Shown here one piece after another: positions 30,724 to 39,497 of a stretch of DNA of 64,000 nucleotides. A program made the translations under genes and the position numbers. The notes under the pieces were generated by a model. It ran no database searches. It saw nothing but the letters and a program-made list of their open reading frames with translations, and was not told the DNA's origin. This stretch comes from an uncultured delta proteobacterium (GTDB taxonomy: Bacteria > Desulfobacterota > BSN033 > UBA1163). Numbering within the stretch: the first letter of the stretch is position 1; every line of letters starts with the position of its first letter. Where the stretch lies: assembly GCA_963765435.1 (NCBI GenBank), contig CAVXWK010000001.1, forward strand, positions 699,294-763,293. Direction: 5' to 3'.

Positions 30724-30939
30724 ATGAAATATATGGTGGTTATTGAAAAAGGGAAGTCAAGTTTCGGTGCTCATGTTCCCGATCTGCCTGGATGTATAGC
30801 GGTAGGAAAAAGCCGAGAAGAAGTCCTCGAGCTTATCAAAGAGGCGATAGAGTTACATATCGAATCTCTTCGAGAATCGGGGAAGGAAATACCTTCTCCG
30901 TCGTCAGTTGGTGAATACGTGGAAGTAAAGGCAGCTTAG
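30724..30939 (+). CDS. HicB-family antitoxin (UPF0150), no adjacent HicA
   Basis: MKYMVVIEKGKSSFGAHVPDLPGCIAVGKSREE typical HicB N-terminus. Confidence 0.7.
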   Translation: MKYMVVIEKGKSSFGAHVPDLPGCIAVGKSREEVLELIKEAIELHIESLRESGKEIPSPSSVGEYVEVKAA

Positions 30940-30946
30940 TACACCA

Positions 30947-30989
30947 TTACAACGGACGCTGTACCTCCCGGTGAGCCATACCGTTGGGC
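30947..30989. repeat. short attC-like site (TTACAAC ... GTTGGGC)
   Basis: inverse-core-like TTACAAC and core-like GTTGGGC bracket a CAACGG/CCGTTG stem. Confidence 0.45.
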
Positions 30990-31058
30990 TATCAAGCTCG
31001 CTGGAGCAGGCAGCCTAAACCCAAAGGGTGTTGAGAATAAAAAAGGAGGGGAAATACG

Positions 31059-32942
31059 ATGATGATGTTAGAAACGATAGAATGGTTTGCTTCAATTGTC
31101 GGTGGTTTTATTGCTCTGATACTTTTTCTTCGCGGCTTTTGTTTGATCAGGGCCTATCAAGTCGGCATCCTGACTAAAAACATGTTCGGCAAAAAAATGC
31201 CCGAAGGACAAATCATCGCGCGTCATGGGCAAGTAGGGATTCAGGCGAAGACGTTGATGCCGGGGCTCTACTGGAGGCTGCCTATCATCTGGTCATTTAG
31301 AAAAGTTCCGGTCGTGACGATAGATATCGGCAGTATCGGTATTGTCGAATCGATTGACGGAGAAGCACTTCCTAAAGGGAGAGTGTTAGCCGACGAAGCC
31401 GAGTGTAATCAATTTCAAGATGCAGAGATGTTCTTAGCCAACCATGGGAAGAAGGGACCGCAAGTTGGAATTCTGCGTCCGGGTACCTACCGGATCAACA
31501 CGATACTGTTCAATATTGCCAAAGCCCCTGCAGTAAAAATAGCTGAGAATACCATTGGTGTCGCCGTTGCTAAAGATGGCATTCCCCTACCGACAGGCTA
31601 TATCATCGCTCCGAAGGCTAAAAATGATGACGGTACCGAAGCAGACCACAAATCTTATCAAAATGGCCAGCTCTTTATCGACAGCAAAGGATACCGGGGA
31701 CCACAGTTGGATACCCTGCAGCCGGGGATATATTACATCAATCCGAACTTATTTGATATTAAAATTGAAGAGGTAGCCGAGGTCCTTCCGGGATATGTCA
31801 CAGTGATCAGGTCGAACGTGGGACTAGAGCTTGAGAGGGCACCCGAAGGTCCCGATCGATCTACCGGGGAAGGAAAACTCTGTGGTCCGATCCATGAAGA
31901 TGTTGAGAAAATACTGATAACCGACAAATATACTCGCGGCATTTGGAGAGAGCCGATAGCACCAGGAAAATATAATCTGAATGCGATTGCTTTCACAGCC
32001 TATCAAGTACCTACTTCCGCCGTGACCATCGATTGGGCATCCGAGGGAAGAATCGGGACGGAGGTAAAGGGAATTAAACCAACCGAGGCTAAGGCTGCCG
32101 GGGTCCTGTACAGTTTCGATCCCTTGAAGGTGACTTCTAAAGATGGCTTTCAACTGGAAGTCAATGTCCGAATGGTGATTCGAATTCAACCGGGCAATGC
32201 GGCCTACATCATCGCGAGATTCGGGTCCGTGGCCAATCTGATTGATCAAATCGTACATCCGTTGATTGATTCATCTTTCAGGAATAAAGCCGGCGAGAAG
32301 AAAGCGATTGACTTTTTCCAGAGCCGGACGGACTTACAGACCGAAGCGCTGTTACACGCCAAAGAAAGATTTTCCGAGTACAACGTAGAGGCTCAAAACT
32401 TACTCATTGCCTATATCGATATCCCTAAGGATTTGCTGGACACTCAAACCAAGAAGGAGATTGCCAATCAGCAGCAAGCCCAGTATGACCAGGAGGCACT
32501 CGCTCAGGAAAAACGCATTGCGGTCATGGAGAAATCGTCCCGGGCGGATAAGCAGAAAGATGTTATTGATGCAAAATTATCTATCGATATCAATAATGAC
32601 AGGGCTGAGGCCAGAGTTAAGGAAGCCGACGGCATCAGGCGCTCTGTGATTCTCCAGGCTCAAGGGACTAAAGAATCCACGATACTGGTGGCTGACGGCA
32701 ATTCTTACAAAAGCAAGATTGAGGGCGACGGTGTCGCCGCTGCCTACAATGTCCAGAAAGAGGCCATTGGTCAGCAGAATGTAGCGATCATCAAACTCAT
32801 TCAGGAGATAGCGGCCGGTAAAATTCAGATCGTGCCACAGATTCTGGTTGGGGGTGGGGATGCTTCAGCGGGCGGCAACCTGTTCAATGCATGGTTAGCT
32901 CAAATGCTTTCACAAAAAGTACCGAAACAGGAGGGAAAATAG
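31059..32942 (+). CDS. flotillin-like SPFH/band-7 membrane protein (YqiK/FloT-like)
   Basis: N-terminal TM helix, SPFH-like core, coiled-coil Q/E/A-rich region and flotillin-type C-terminus (KIQIVPQILVGGGDAS...NLFNAWLAQM). Confidence 0.6.
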   Translation: MMMLETIEWFASIVGGFIALILFLRGFCLIRAYQVGILTKNMFGKKMPEGQIIARHGQVGIQAKTLMPGLYWRLPIIWSFRKVPVVTIDIGSIGIVESIDGEALPKGRVLADEAECNQFQDAEMFLANHGKKGPQVGILRPGTYRINTILFNIAKAPAVKIAENTIGVAVAKDGIPLPTGYIIAPKAKNDDGTEADHKSYQNGQLFIDSKGYRGPQLDTLQPGIYYINPNLFDIKIEEVAEVLPGYVTVIRSNVGLELERAPEGPDRSTGEGKLCGPIHEDVEKILITDKYTRGIWREPIAPGKYNLNAIAFTAYQVPTSAVTIDWASEGRIGTEVKGIKPTEAKAAGVLYSFDPLKVTSKDGFQLEVNVRMVIRIQPGNAAYIIARFGSVANLIDQIVHPLIDSSFRNKAGEKKAIDFFQSRTDLQTEALLHAKERFSEYNVEAQNLLIAYIDIPKDLLDTQTKKEIANQQQAQYDQEALAQEKRIAVMEKSSRADKQKDVIDAKLSIDINNDRAEARVKEADGIRRSVILQAQGTKESTILVADGNSYKSKIEGDGVAAAYNVQKEAIGQQNVAIIKLIQEIAAGKIQIVPQILVGGGDASAGGNLFNAWLAQMLSQKVPKQEGK

Positions 32943-32948
32943 ATAAAA

Positions 32949-33275
32949 ATGAAAAAGTGTCCCTTCTGCGCTGAAGTTATTCAAGACGCCGCGATAAAGT
33001 GTAAACACTGCGGTGAGTTTCTGGATGCTTCCACCCCCCGGCGCTTTGCAGAAAAAAAGATGCAATGGTATTTCCGAAAATCCTTTATTATCATTGCAGT
33101 CCTCTCAGTGGGGCCTCTGGCCTTGCCCCTGATTTGGTGGCGGCCACAAACGACGCGGGCATGGAAGATCGGACTCACGATAGGAATCCTTGTTCTCAGT
33201 TGGATATTGTTCCAAACGACGATGGAATCCCTTCGCACAATCAAGGAGTATTACAAGCTAATCCAAGGACTATGA
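32949..33275 (+). CDS. zinc-ribbon (CPFC...CKHC) membrane protein, hypothetical
   Basis: N-terminal C4 zinc ribbon then two predicted TM helices; 7 nt after the flotillin stop. Confidence 0.5.
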   Translation: MKKCPFCAEVIQDAAIKCKHCGEFLDASTPRRFAEKKMQWYFRKSFIIIAVLSVGPLALPLIWWRPQTTRAWKIGLTIGILVLSWILFQTTMESLRTIKEYYKLIQGL

Positions 33276-33405
33276 AATGATCTACCGGTAGAACAAGTCA
33301 GTAAACACCGACCGGGCTTACGTCGCGGCTTTATGTAAGTGTGCATGGTCTTGTAATTTATTACAAATTGGTAGTTCTTCGGGTATGACGCCCGGCGGGT
33401 TACCT

Positions 33406-33469
33406 CCGCGTTGAGGCTGTAGAAAAAGCCAATCTCGACCGAATCCGGTGAGTTGGATGAAAACGCGCC
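33406..33469. repeat. repeat family 2, copy a (CGCGTTGAGGCTGTAGAAAAA...GGTGAGTTGGATGAAAACGCG)
   Basis: about 65 bp, 85-90% identical to 34292-34358; CGCGTT...AACGCG termini. Confidence 0.55.
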
Positions 33470-33583
33470 GTCTCAGGATGCTTTATATATGAGCATCTCA
33501 TACCGGGAGGGGTCAAGATCCCCCAAAAACCACCCCCTCATTGTAACGGTGAGCTTTCTCTAAAGGCTCTTATCATTTTGCTC

Positions 33584-33616
33584 TTGACAATAGTAAACAA
33601 ATTGTTTACTATTGTC
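33584..33616. promoter_or_regulatory. sigma70-like promoter inside a 15-bp-arm perfect palindrome (putative HigA operator)
   Basis: TTGACA-17nt-TACTAT; GACAATAGTAAACAA|TTGTTTACTATTGTC ends 2 bp before higB ATG. Confidence 0.5.
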
Positions 33617-33618
33617 CA

Positions 33619-33900
33619 ATGATCAAGTCGTTCCGTTGTCGTGAAACCCAAAAAATATTTCATCGACAATTTTCCAGAAAGTTTCCACAGGACATCCAGC
33701 AACGTGCTTTTATGAAACTTAATGCGATTGATGCGGCAACTCGGCTTGAAGATTTAGGTCTACCGTCACCAAACCGACTTCAGGCTTTGAAAGGGGAACG
33801 TAAAGGGCAATGGAGCATTCGTATTAACGATCAGTGGCGTATTTGTTTTGAATGGCGTAATGGTAATGCAGAAATGGTGGAAATCGTCGATTATCACTGA
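33619..33900 (+). CDS. higB: HigB-like (RelE/ParE superfamily) killer toxin
   Basis: MIKSFRCRETQKIFHRQFSRKFP...ALKGERKGQWSIRINDQWRICFEW typical HigB. Confidence 0.75.
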   Translation: MIKSFRCRETQKIFHRQFSRKFPQDIQQRAFMKLNAIDAATRLEDLGLPSPNRLQALKGERKGQWSIRINDQWRICFEWRNGNAEMVEIVDYH

Positions 33901-33910
33901 GGAGGTTGAC

Positions 33911-34213
33911 ATGAACAAGAAGCGTATTTCTCCAGTACACCCTGGGTTATATCTAAAAGAGTTGCTTGACGAGTTGAAGTTGTCGCAATACCGACTCGCC
34001 CGGGAGTTGGGTGTGCCCGCTATGCGTATCAATCACGTTGTGAATGGTAAACGTCCGGTAACAGCGGAGCTTGCTTTGCGCCTGGGGCGCTATTTCGGGC
34101 AAAACCCGCGTTATTGGATAAACCTACAAAGTCGGTATGATATGGATATTGCCGAAGATGCGCTGTCCGAACAGGTAGCGCGTGAAGTACGTCCCATGAT
34201 GGCAGCCGTTTGA
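33911..34213 (+). CDS. higA: HigA antitoxin (XRE-family HTH)
   Basis: ISPVHPGLYLKELLDELKLSQYRLARELGVPAMRINHVVNGKRPVTAELALRLGRYFG; RBS GGAGG before ATG 33911. Confidence 0.75.
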   Translation: MNKKRISPVHPGLYLKELLDELKLSQYRLARELGVPAMRINHVVNGKRPVTAELALRLGRYFGQNPRYWINLQSRYDMDIAEDALSEQVAREVRPMMAAV

Positions 34214-34291
34214 TCTCAATAACAATGTTCATTGCTTCATTCGAATGGCATGGCCTAACATGGCGCGCCGAACATTCCGGCTCTGGGTGAC

Positions 34292-34358
34292 CCGCGTCGT
34301 TGAGGCTGTAGAAAAATTCAATCTGGTCCGAATCCGGTGAGTTGGATGAAACCGCGCC
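34292..34358. repeat. repeat family 2, copy b
   Basis: see 33406-33469. Confidence 0.55.
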
Positions 34359-34443
34359 CTCAATTCGATGCTTCTGAGTTAAAAACAGGTTGACACCTTC
34401 CTTTCACGTACATATAATCCTTTCATCTATAGAACAAACTTAA

Positions 34444-35729
34444 GGCAACCTCTAAAAATGTGAATTTTGAAAGTTAGAAATTCGTTGAATCGAATTCAGA
34501 GAAAATGTTAAGCACAAAACCCAATCGTTCATCTTACGAAACCTATTTGAACCGATCTTTTGATCGCTTGTTAACGATCCTACCGGGTCATTTTGCCCGG
34601 TGGATATACTCGGGGGACTCATGTCCCCACCACCACGCAGTAGCGATCCAAATTGTAAGCCAGATTCCTCAAACCAACCTTGGCCTTGACCCGGACCAGG
34701 CCAATGGCCCGTACAATCAGCCTTCCCGCTCGCTTCGCCTGCACCCCAAAGACATGTTCCACACGACTCCGAATTCGGGAACGCGTTCGGTTCCCCTGAG
34801 CCTCTCGGTCCGTCAGTGTCTTGTGCCTGCATCCTTTACGCTGAAGATGCTCCCGATACTTCCGTTTCTTCAACTCCTTGAGCTTTTCCTCCGAACGGTA
34901 CGCCGAGTCTGTCCACACATCTCGACTGCTGTTATCCTCATCCAGAAGATCCTCAAAGACCTGACTGTCATGAACCGACGCGGGCGTCACTTCATAACTG
35001 CGAATCAGTTTATGTTTCACATCCACATCGATATGATTCTTATAACCGTAGTAGTTCTGGCCATTCTTCTTGGTCCAGCGGGCATCCGTATCCTTCTGCC
35101 GCTTCTTCTGTTCGCTCCAGTCTTCTGGAATCTCTCCTTGCTTGATTCGCTTATTCTCTTCCCGACTGTTCCGCTGTTTCGGCACAGCAACGATACTGGC
35201 GTCCACAATCTGCCCTTTCCGGGCCGAGAAGCCTTGTTCGCAAAGATACGTTTCAAATTGCTCAAAGGCTTTCTCAATCACCCCGGCTTCGGTCAATTGC
35301 TCCCGAAACAACCAGATGGTCTTAGCGTCCGGAACGTCATCTCCCAAAGACAAATCCAAGAATCGCATAAACGAGAGACGATCCCGAATCTGAAACTCTG
35401 CTTGCTCGTCCGACAGATTGTACAGCGATTGAAGAATCAGCACCTTGAACATCAACACAACCTCAAAGGGTTTTCGACCCGCACTGGATTTGCGCTCTTT
35501 GTCTCGCACCGCTTCCAGCAGAGGTCGAAATCGGCCCCAGTCCACCATTGTCTGAATCCTGGGGAGCGGGTCACCGCCCTTGTCCAACTGTTTAAAACGT
35601 ATCTGCCAATCCAACAAACCGGTCTGCATCATCTGTTTTCCTCCTGCCTCGTTTTTGGTGACCGTAACATACTGGTTGTTAGATTGGTAGAGTGTTGATA
35701 GTAAATTTAGCTAATTTTTAGAGGAACCC
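34444..35729 (-). mobile_element. IS5-family insertion sequence (IS5 group), 16-bp imperfect IRs GGCAACCTCTAAAAAT, 4-bp TSD TTAA
   Basis: IRs and flanking TTAA at 34440-43 and 35730-33 seen directly. Confidence 0.8.
34619..35632 (-). CDS. IS5-family DDE transposase
   Basis: 337 aa, KKNGQNYYGYKNHIDVD...TPASVHDSQ motif. Confidence 0.85.
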   Translation of the reverse strand: MMQTGLLDWQIRFKQLDKGGDPLPRIQTMVDWGRFRPLLEAVRDKERKSSAGRKPFEVVLMFKVLILQSLYNLSDEQAEFQIRDRLSFMRFLDLSLGDDVPDAKTIWLFREQLTEAGVIEKAFEQFETYLCEQGFSARKGQIVDASIVAVPKQRNSREENKRIKQGEIPEDWSEQKKRQKDTDARWTKKNGQNYYGYKNHIDVDVKHKLIRSYEVTPASVHDSQVFEDLLDEDNSSRDVWTDSAYRSEEKLKELKKRKYREHLQRKGCRHKTLTDREAQGNRTRSRIRSRVEHVFGVQAKRAGRLIVRAIGLVRVKAKVGLRNLAYNLDRYCVVVGT

Positions 35730-35762
35730 TTAAGAAGGATTTTAGCTGTAAAAGAAAGACGA

Positions 35763-36017
35763 ATGATGGAAGGCAACCATGAAAGAATTCTTAACCCCTG
35801 GATATTCATCTGGACTAAACCACGAGCAACAATTCAACAGATAGTCGACACGAATCCAGGGAAATTGGTTGTACTCTTGGCCGCCATCGACGGTTTCTCG
35901 GGAGTACTGAACAATGCGAGCCTGAGGAATCTTGGAGACAAATATGACTGGCCCATCATCTTTGCCATCGCCGCAGTTGCTGGGGCAATTGGGGGAATAA
36001 TAGGTTTGTATGACCCC
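35763..36017 (+). pseudogene. Yip1-family membrane protein, 5' part (gene interrupted by IS3 element)
   Basis: ILNPWIFIWTKPRATIQQIVDTNP...; reading frame resumes at 37282 after removal of IS plus one CCC copy. Confidence 0.6.
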
Positions 36018-36047
36018 TGATGTCAATAGTGGACACGAAGCGCTCTC

Positions 36048-36908
36048 TCATGCTGCAAGTTGCCTTGTATAGAACTGCCGCTCATAGACAACCGGAGAAA
36101 GGTACCCCAGCCGTGCTTGCCGTCTTTGCCGATTGTAGAATACCTCGATGTATTCCGTGATCTCCCGGATGGCCTGCTCTCTCGTCTTGAAGCGACAGTG
36201 ATGGACAAGCTCATTCTTGAGCGTACCCCAGAAGCTCTCCATGGGAGCATTGTCGTAGCAGTCGCCCTTCCTGCTCATAGATGCTCTCATCTTGAACTGA
36301 TCCACCAGCTTCCGGTATTCATGGGCGCAGTACTGACTCCCACGATCCGAATGGTGAATCAGGCCTGCTCCGGGCCGTTTGGCTGCCACGGCTCTGAACA
36401 GAGACTGGCTCACCAGGTTCTTGGTGAGACGATTGCCCATGGCATATCCAACGATTTCTCCCGTGCAGAGGTCCTTATGCCCTGCCAGATAGAGCCAGCC
36501 TTCTTCTGTGGGGATATAGGTAATGTCGCTGACCCAAACCTCGTTCGGCGTCGTTGCCTTAAACTGCTGATTGAGCAGATTCTGTGCCACAGGCAGAGCA
36601 TGCTTCGAATCCGTGGTGGCCTTGAACTTCCTCTTCTGCTTACACCGTAACCCAAGCTTCTTCCTGATCCGTCTGATCCGGCAGATCCCGACCTTTACAC
36701 CCTGTTCTTTGAGCTCATGCTGTAATCTCTCTGGACCGCACGTCTCACGGGTCCTCTTGTGGGCGGCTTTTATCTCTACTTCCAGCCTTCCCTCTTCCAG
36801 GACACGTTTGGAAGGCTTGCGCCTGAACCATTGGTAATAACCGCTCTTGGATACACGCAGAATACGGCACATCATCCCAATACAATACTTGAATCGCATT
36901 GCTTTCAT
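36048..36908 (-). CDS. IS3-family transposase OrfB (DDE integrase core)
   Basis: SDITYI...HSDRGSQY...DNAPMESFWGTLK motifs. Confidence 0.85.
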   Translation of the reverse strand: MKAMRFKYCIGMMCRILRVSKSGYYQWFRRKPSKRVLEEGRLEVEIKAAHKRTRETCGPERLQHELKEQGVKVGICRIRRIRKKLGLRCKQKRKFKATTDSKHALPVAQNLLNQQFKATTPNEVWVSDITYIPTEEGWLYLAGHKDLCTGEIVGYAMGNRLTKNLVSQSLFRAVAAKRPGAGLIHHSDRGSQYCAHEYRKLVDQFKMRASMSRKGDCYDNAPMESFWGTLKNELVHHCRFKTREQAIREITEYIEVFYNRQRRQARLGYLSPVVYERQFYTRQLAA

Positions 36909-37222
36909 GATCGCGTACCTGGCAGCGACTCCTTCGCAAAGTACACGGCCGCTTTTTTTAATATGTCTCGCTCCATCCTGGCTTCTGCCAGTTCACGCTT
37001 CACCCGGGCAAGCTCCATCTCTATTTCCGTAAGCGGCCTCTGGTGCTTTCCAACCTCCTTAAGCTTGCCTTCTCTGCTCGCCTTAACCCAGTACCGTATT
37101 GTCGAGGCCGCAACCGATAACCGACGCCCCACCTCCGGTATCTTTAATCCGCCTTCTGTTACGAGCTTCACTGCTTCCTCTCGAAGTTCCTTCGTGTAGA
37201 TTGCTCTCGGAATCCTTTCCAT
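36905..37222 (-). CDS. IS3-family transposase OrfA (HTH)
   Basis: 105 aa helix-turn-helix, overlaps orfB start; frameshift site likely. Confidence 0.8.
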   Translation of the reverse strand: MERIPRAIYTKELREEAVKLVTEGGLKIPEVGRRLSVAASTIRYWVKASREGKLKEVGKHQRPLTEIEMELARVKRELAEARMERDILKKAAVYFAKESLPGTRS

Positions 37223-37281
37223 TCTGACACCTCCGTCTTTAGTATTTTACCTCAACTTTGGTGTCCACAAAAGTCATCTTA

Positions 37282-37680
37282 CCCCAGTACTTAGCTGGTG
37301 CGCTGATTCGTTGGACAGGAAAGTGGATTGGTGGACAAGCCCCTTCCCAAAACATTCGGGCTGCGATTGCGTGGTCTAGTGTCCCAACAATATGGGCATT
37401 AATACTCTGGATACCTCAACTTGTACTATTTGGTCAGGAACTGTTCACAACTGAGACACCAAGAATACATGCGAGCCCGTCTCTGGGGTTTATATCGCTA
37501 GGTTTTGTTGCGATTCAATTAATAATTGCGATATGGGCAATCGTTGTATTTCTGAAGTGCTTAGGGCAAGTTCAAGGATTTTCAGCCTGGAGAGCGCTTG
37601 GGAATACAACTCTGGGGGCTCTGGTTATCGTGGTCCCGATTGCAATAATTGCAATTATTGTCGTGTGTATAGCTCGATAA
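37282..37680 (+). pseudogene. Yip1-family membrane protein, 3' part
   Basis: continues ...QYLAGALIRWTGKW... in frame with 35763-36017 when IS3 is excised. Confidence 0.6.
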
Positions 37681-37821
37681 TTTTTCGTTATATACGACTC
37701 TTCGGCTAGCGACAGCTTCCAGTTGACAGTTGATCCGCTTCGGTCCACGGCATAAACGGAACCTGGCCGATAGGCATCTATCTATCACAATATTAGCACT
37801 AACAAACTATGGAGGTCTGAG

Positions 37822-38454
37822 ATGACACAAGCTGCTACGGAAGCCCTGAGGATACTTCGCGACGGAAGTTTGTTCCAATGGTACCTTATTACTCTATTCG
37901 CCCTAACGGTGTACGTCTATGCGGCGGAGGTTGAACGGAAAAATTGGAGCCTCGTATTCGCCGGATTAGCTTTTTGGGGAATGGACTGGTTCAACGAGAT
38001 CTGGAACGGCCTGGTATTCCACTTCACCCAGTACGCCCCTGTATGGGGCGCTCCGGGCAAAACAGCCTTCCTAATCCTGATCGGGCTGAACATCGAAATC
38101 TGCTTCATGTTCGCGATTGCAGGAATCGCCTTTTCAAAGATGCTTCCTGCCGACAAGAAACTCAAAATTCTGGGACTTCCGAACCGTCTGGCCTTCGCTA
38201 TCGTTAACTCGATCTTTTGCGTCCTCGTGGAGATGGTGCTGCATTCAGTTGGTGCATTGACCTGGGATTACTCATGGTGGGGTGTGAGAGCACCGTGGCT
38301 GATATTTTTGATCGGCTATTTGCCATTTTTTCTGGTCGCGTTCTGGGTGTTTGATATGGACAGTTTCCGGAAGAAGGCTACCACGGTGGGTGTTATCTAT
38401 GCTTTCGACATTATCTGTCTTATCGTATTTCTGGGAATATTGAAGTGGATCTGA
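37822..38454 (+). CDS. hypothetical polytopic membrane protein
   Basis: 210 aa, 5-6 predicted TM helices, no recognised family. Confidence 0.5.
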   Translation: MTQAATEALRILRDGSLFQWYLITLFALTVYVYAAEVERKNWSLVFAGLAFWGMDWFNEIWNGLVFHFTQYAPVWGAPGKTAFLILIGLNIEICFMFAIAGIAFSKMLPADKKLKILGLPNRLAFAIVNSIFCVLVEMVLHSVGALTWDYSWWGVRAPWLIFLIGYLPFFLVAFWVFDMDSFRKKATTVGVIYAFDIICLIVFLGILKWI

Positions 38455-38567
38455 TGAATTAGGGAACGATCTGCGTTCCTCCCCTTCCCTCTAATGCGTC
38501 GTCAGCGCACTCAAGACAGGTGATAATCGCCTTCTCTCCGAGGGCGATCACCATTTTTTTCATCAGA

Positions 38568-39497
38568 TCATCGTTTCCCCAAGATCATGGCGAGCAAAGC
38601 CATTCTTACAAAGACACCGTTTTTCACCTGCCTGAAATAGGCTGCTCCTGGATAGGCATCCACTTCCGGCCTGATCTCGTCCACTCTTGGAAGCGGGTGA
38701 AGAATGGTGATCTTCTTTTTAAGCTCTTTCAGGAATTTTTCATCGATGACGTAATAGCCCTTCACCCGCTCGTATTCGGAAAGATTCTCAAAACGCTCCT
38801 TTTGAATCCGCGTCATGTAGACGAGAGCGCTTTCAGAGGCTGCTTTCCGGAAATCCTCTGTCTCTTCGATCTCAATCCCTTTTTGTTTGAGACTGGAGAC
38901 GATTTCCTCCGGCATCCGAAGGCTGTTGGGTGAAACAAAATAGAGCCGCGCTTGAAAGAGGGACAAAAGCTCGACCAGTGCGTGGACCGTCCGGCCGTTC
39001 TTTAAATCGCCCACCATGGAGACTGCCAAATTCTTGAGCGAGCCCAATTCTTTATGAATCGTATAAATATCAAGGAGGGCTTGAGTGGGGTGCTGCCCTG
39101 CCCCATCGCCTGCATTGATGACAGGAATCGGAGCTGCCTCGGCTGCTTCTTTGGCCGATCCGATGCGCGGATGGCGGATGACGATGGCATCTGCATACTG
39201 GGAGACCGTCCTGGCTGTATCCGCAACGGTCTCACCTTTCGCCGCCGACGAGCTCTCTGCCGATGCCATGCTGATCACCCCTCCGCCCAAACGCTGCATG
39301 GCCGTCTCAAAGGAGAGTCGGGTCCGGGTGCTTGGCTCGAAGAAAAGCGTCGCCAAAATCTTCCCTTTCAAAAGAGTTAAAGAGTCCTTTTTCTTGAGTT
39401 CCTTCTCAAAATCGGACGCAATTCTAATGATCCCTTCGACATCCTTCTTTGAAAATTGATTTCCATGAAGGATATCCTTTCCTTTAAGGCTACCCAT
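38568..39497 (-). CDS. pyrB: aspartate carbamoyltransferase catalytic subunit
   Basis: STRTRLSFE, HPLPR motifs. Confidence 0.9.
   Translation of the reverse strand: MGSLKGKDILHGNQFSKKDVEGIIRIASDFEKELKKKDSLTLLKGKILATLFFEPSTRTRLSFETAMQRLGGGVISMASAESSSAAKGETVADTARTVSQYADAIVIRHPRIGSAKEAAEAAPIPVINAGDGAGQHPTQALLDIYTIHKELGSLKNLAVSMVGDLKNGRTVHALVELLSLFQARLYFVSPNSLRMPEEIVSSLKQKGIEIEETEDFRKAASESALVYMTRIQKERFENLSEYERVKGYYVIDEKFLKELKKKITILHPLPRVDEIRPEVDAYPGAAYFRQVKNGVFVRMALLAMILGKR

Larger units (their letters stand above)
36018..37281 (-). mobile_element. IS3-family insertion sequence with 3-bp TSD (CCC)
   Basis: IRL TGATGTCAATAGTGGACAC vs IRR-rc AAGATGACTTTTGTGGACAC; orfA/orfB with slippery A-AAA-AAG. 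Confidence 0.8.

Noticed and set aside
34505-35698. 397-aa plus-strand ORF
   Set aside because: Antisense to the IS5 transposase gene; no family resemblance.
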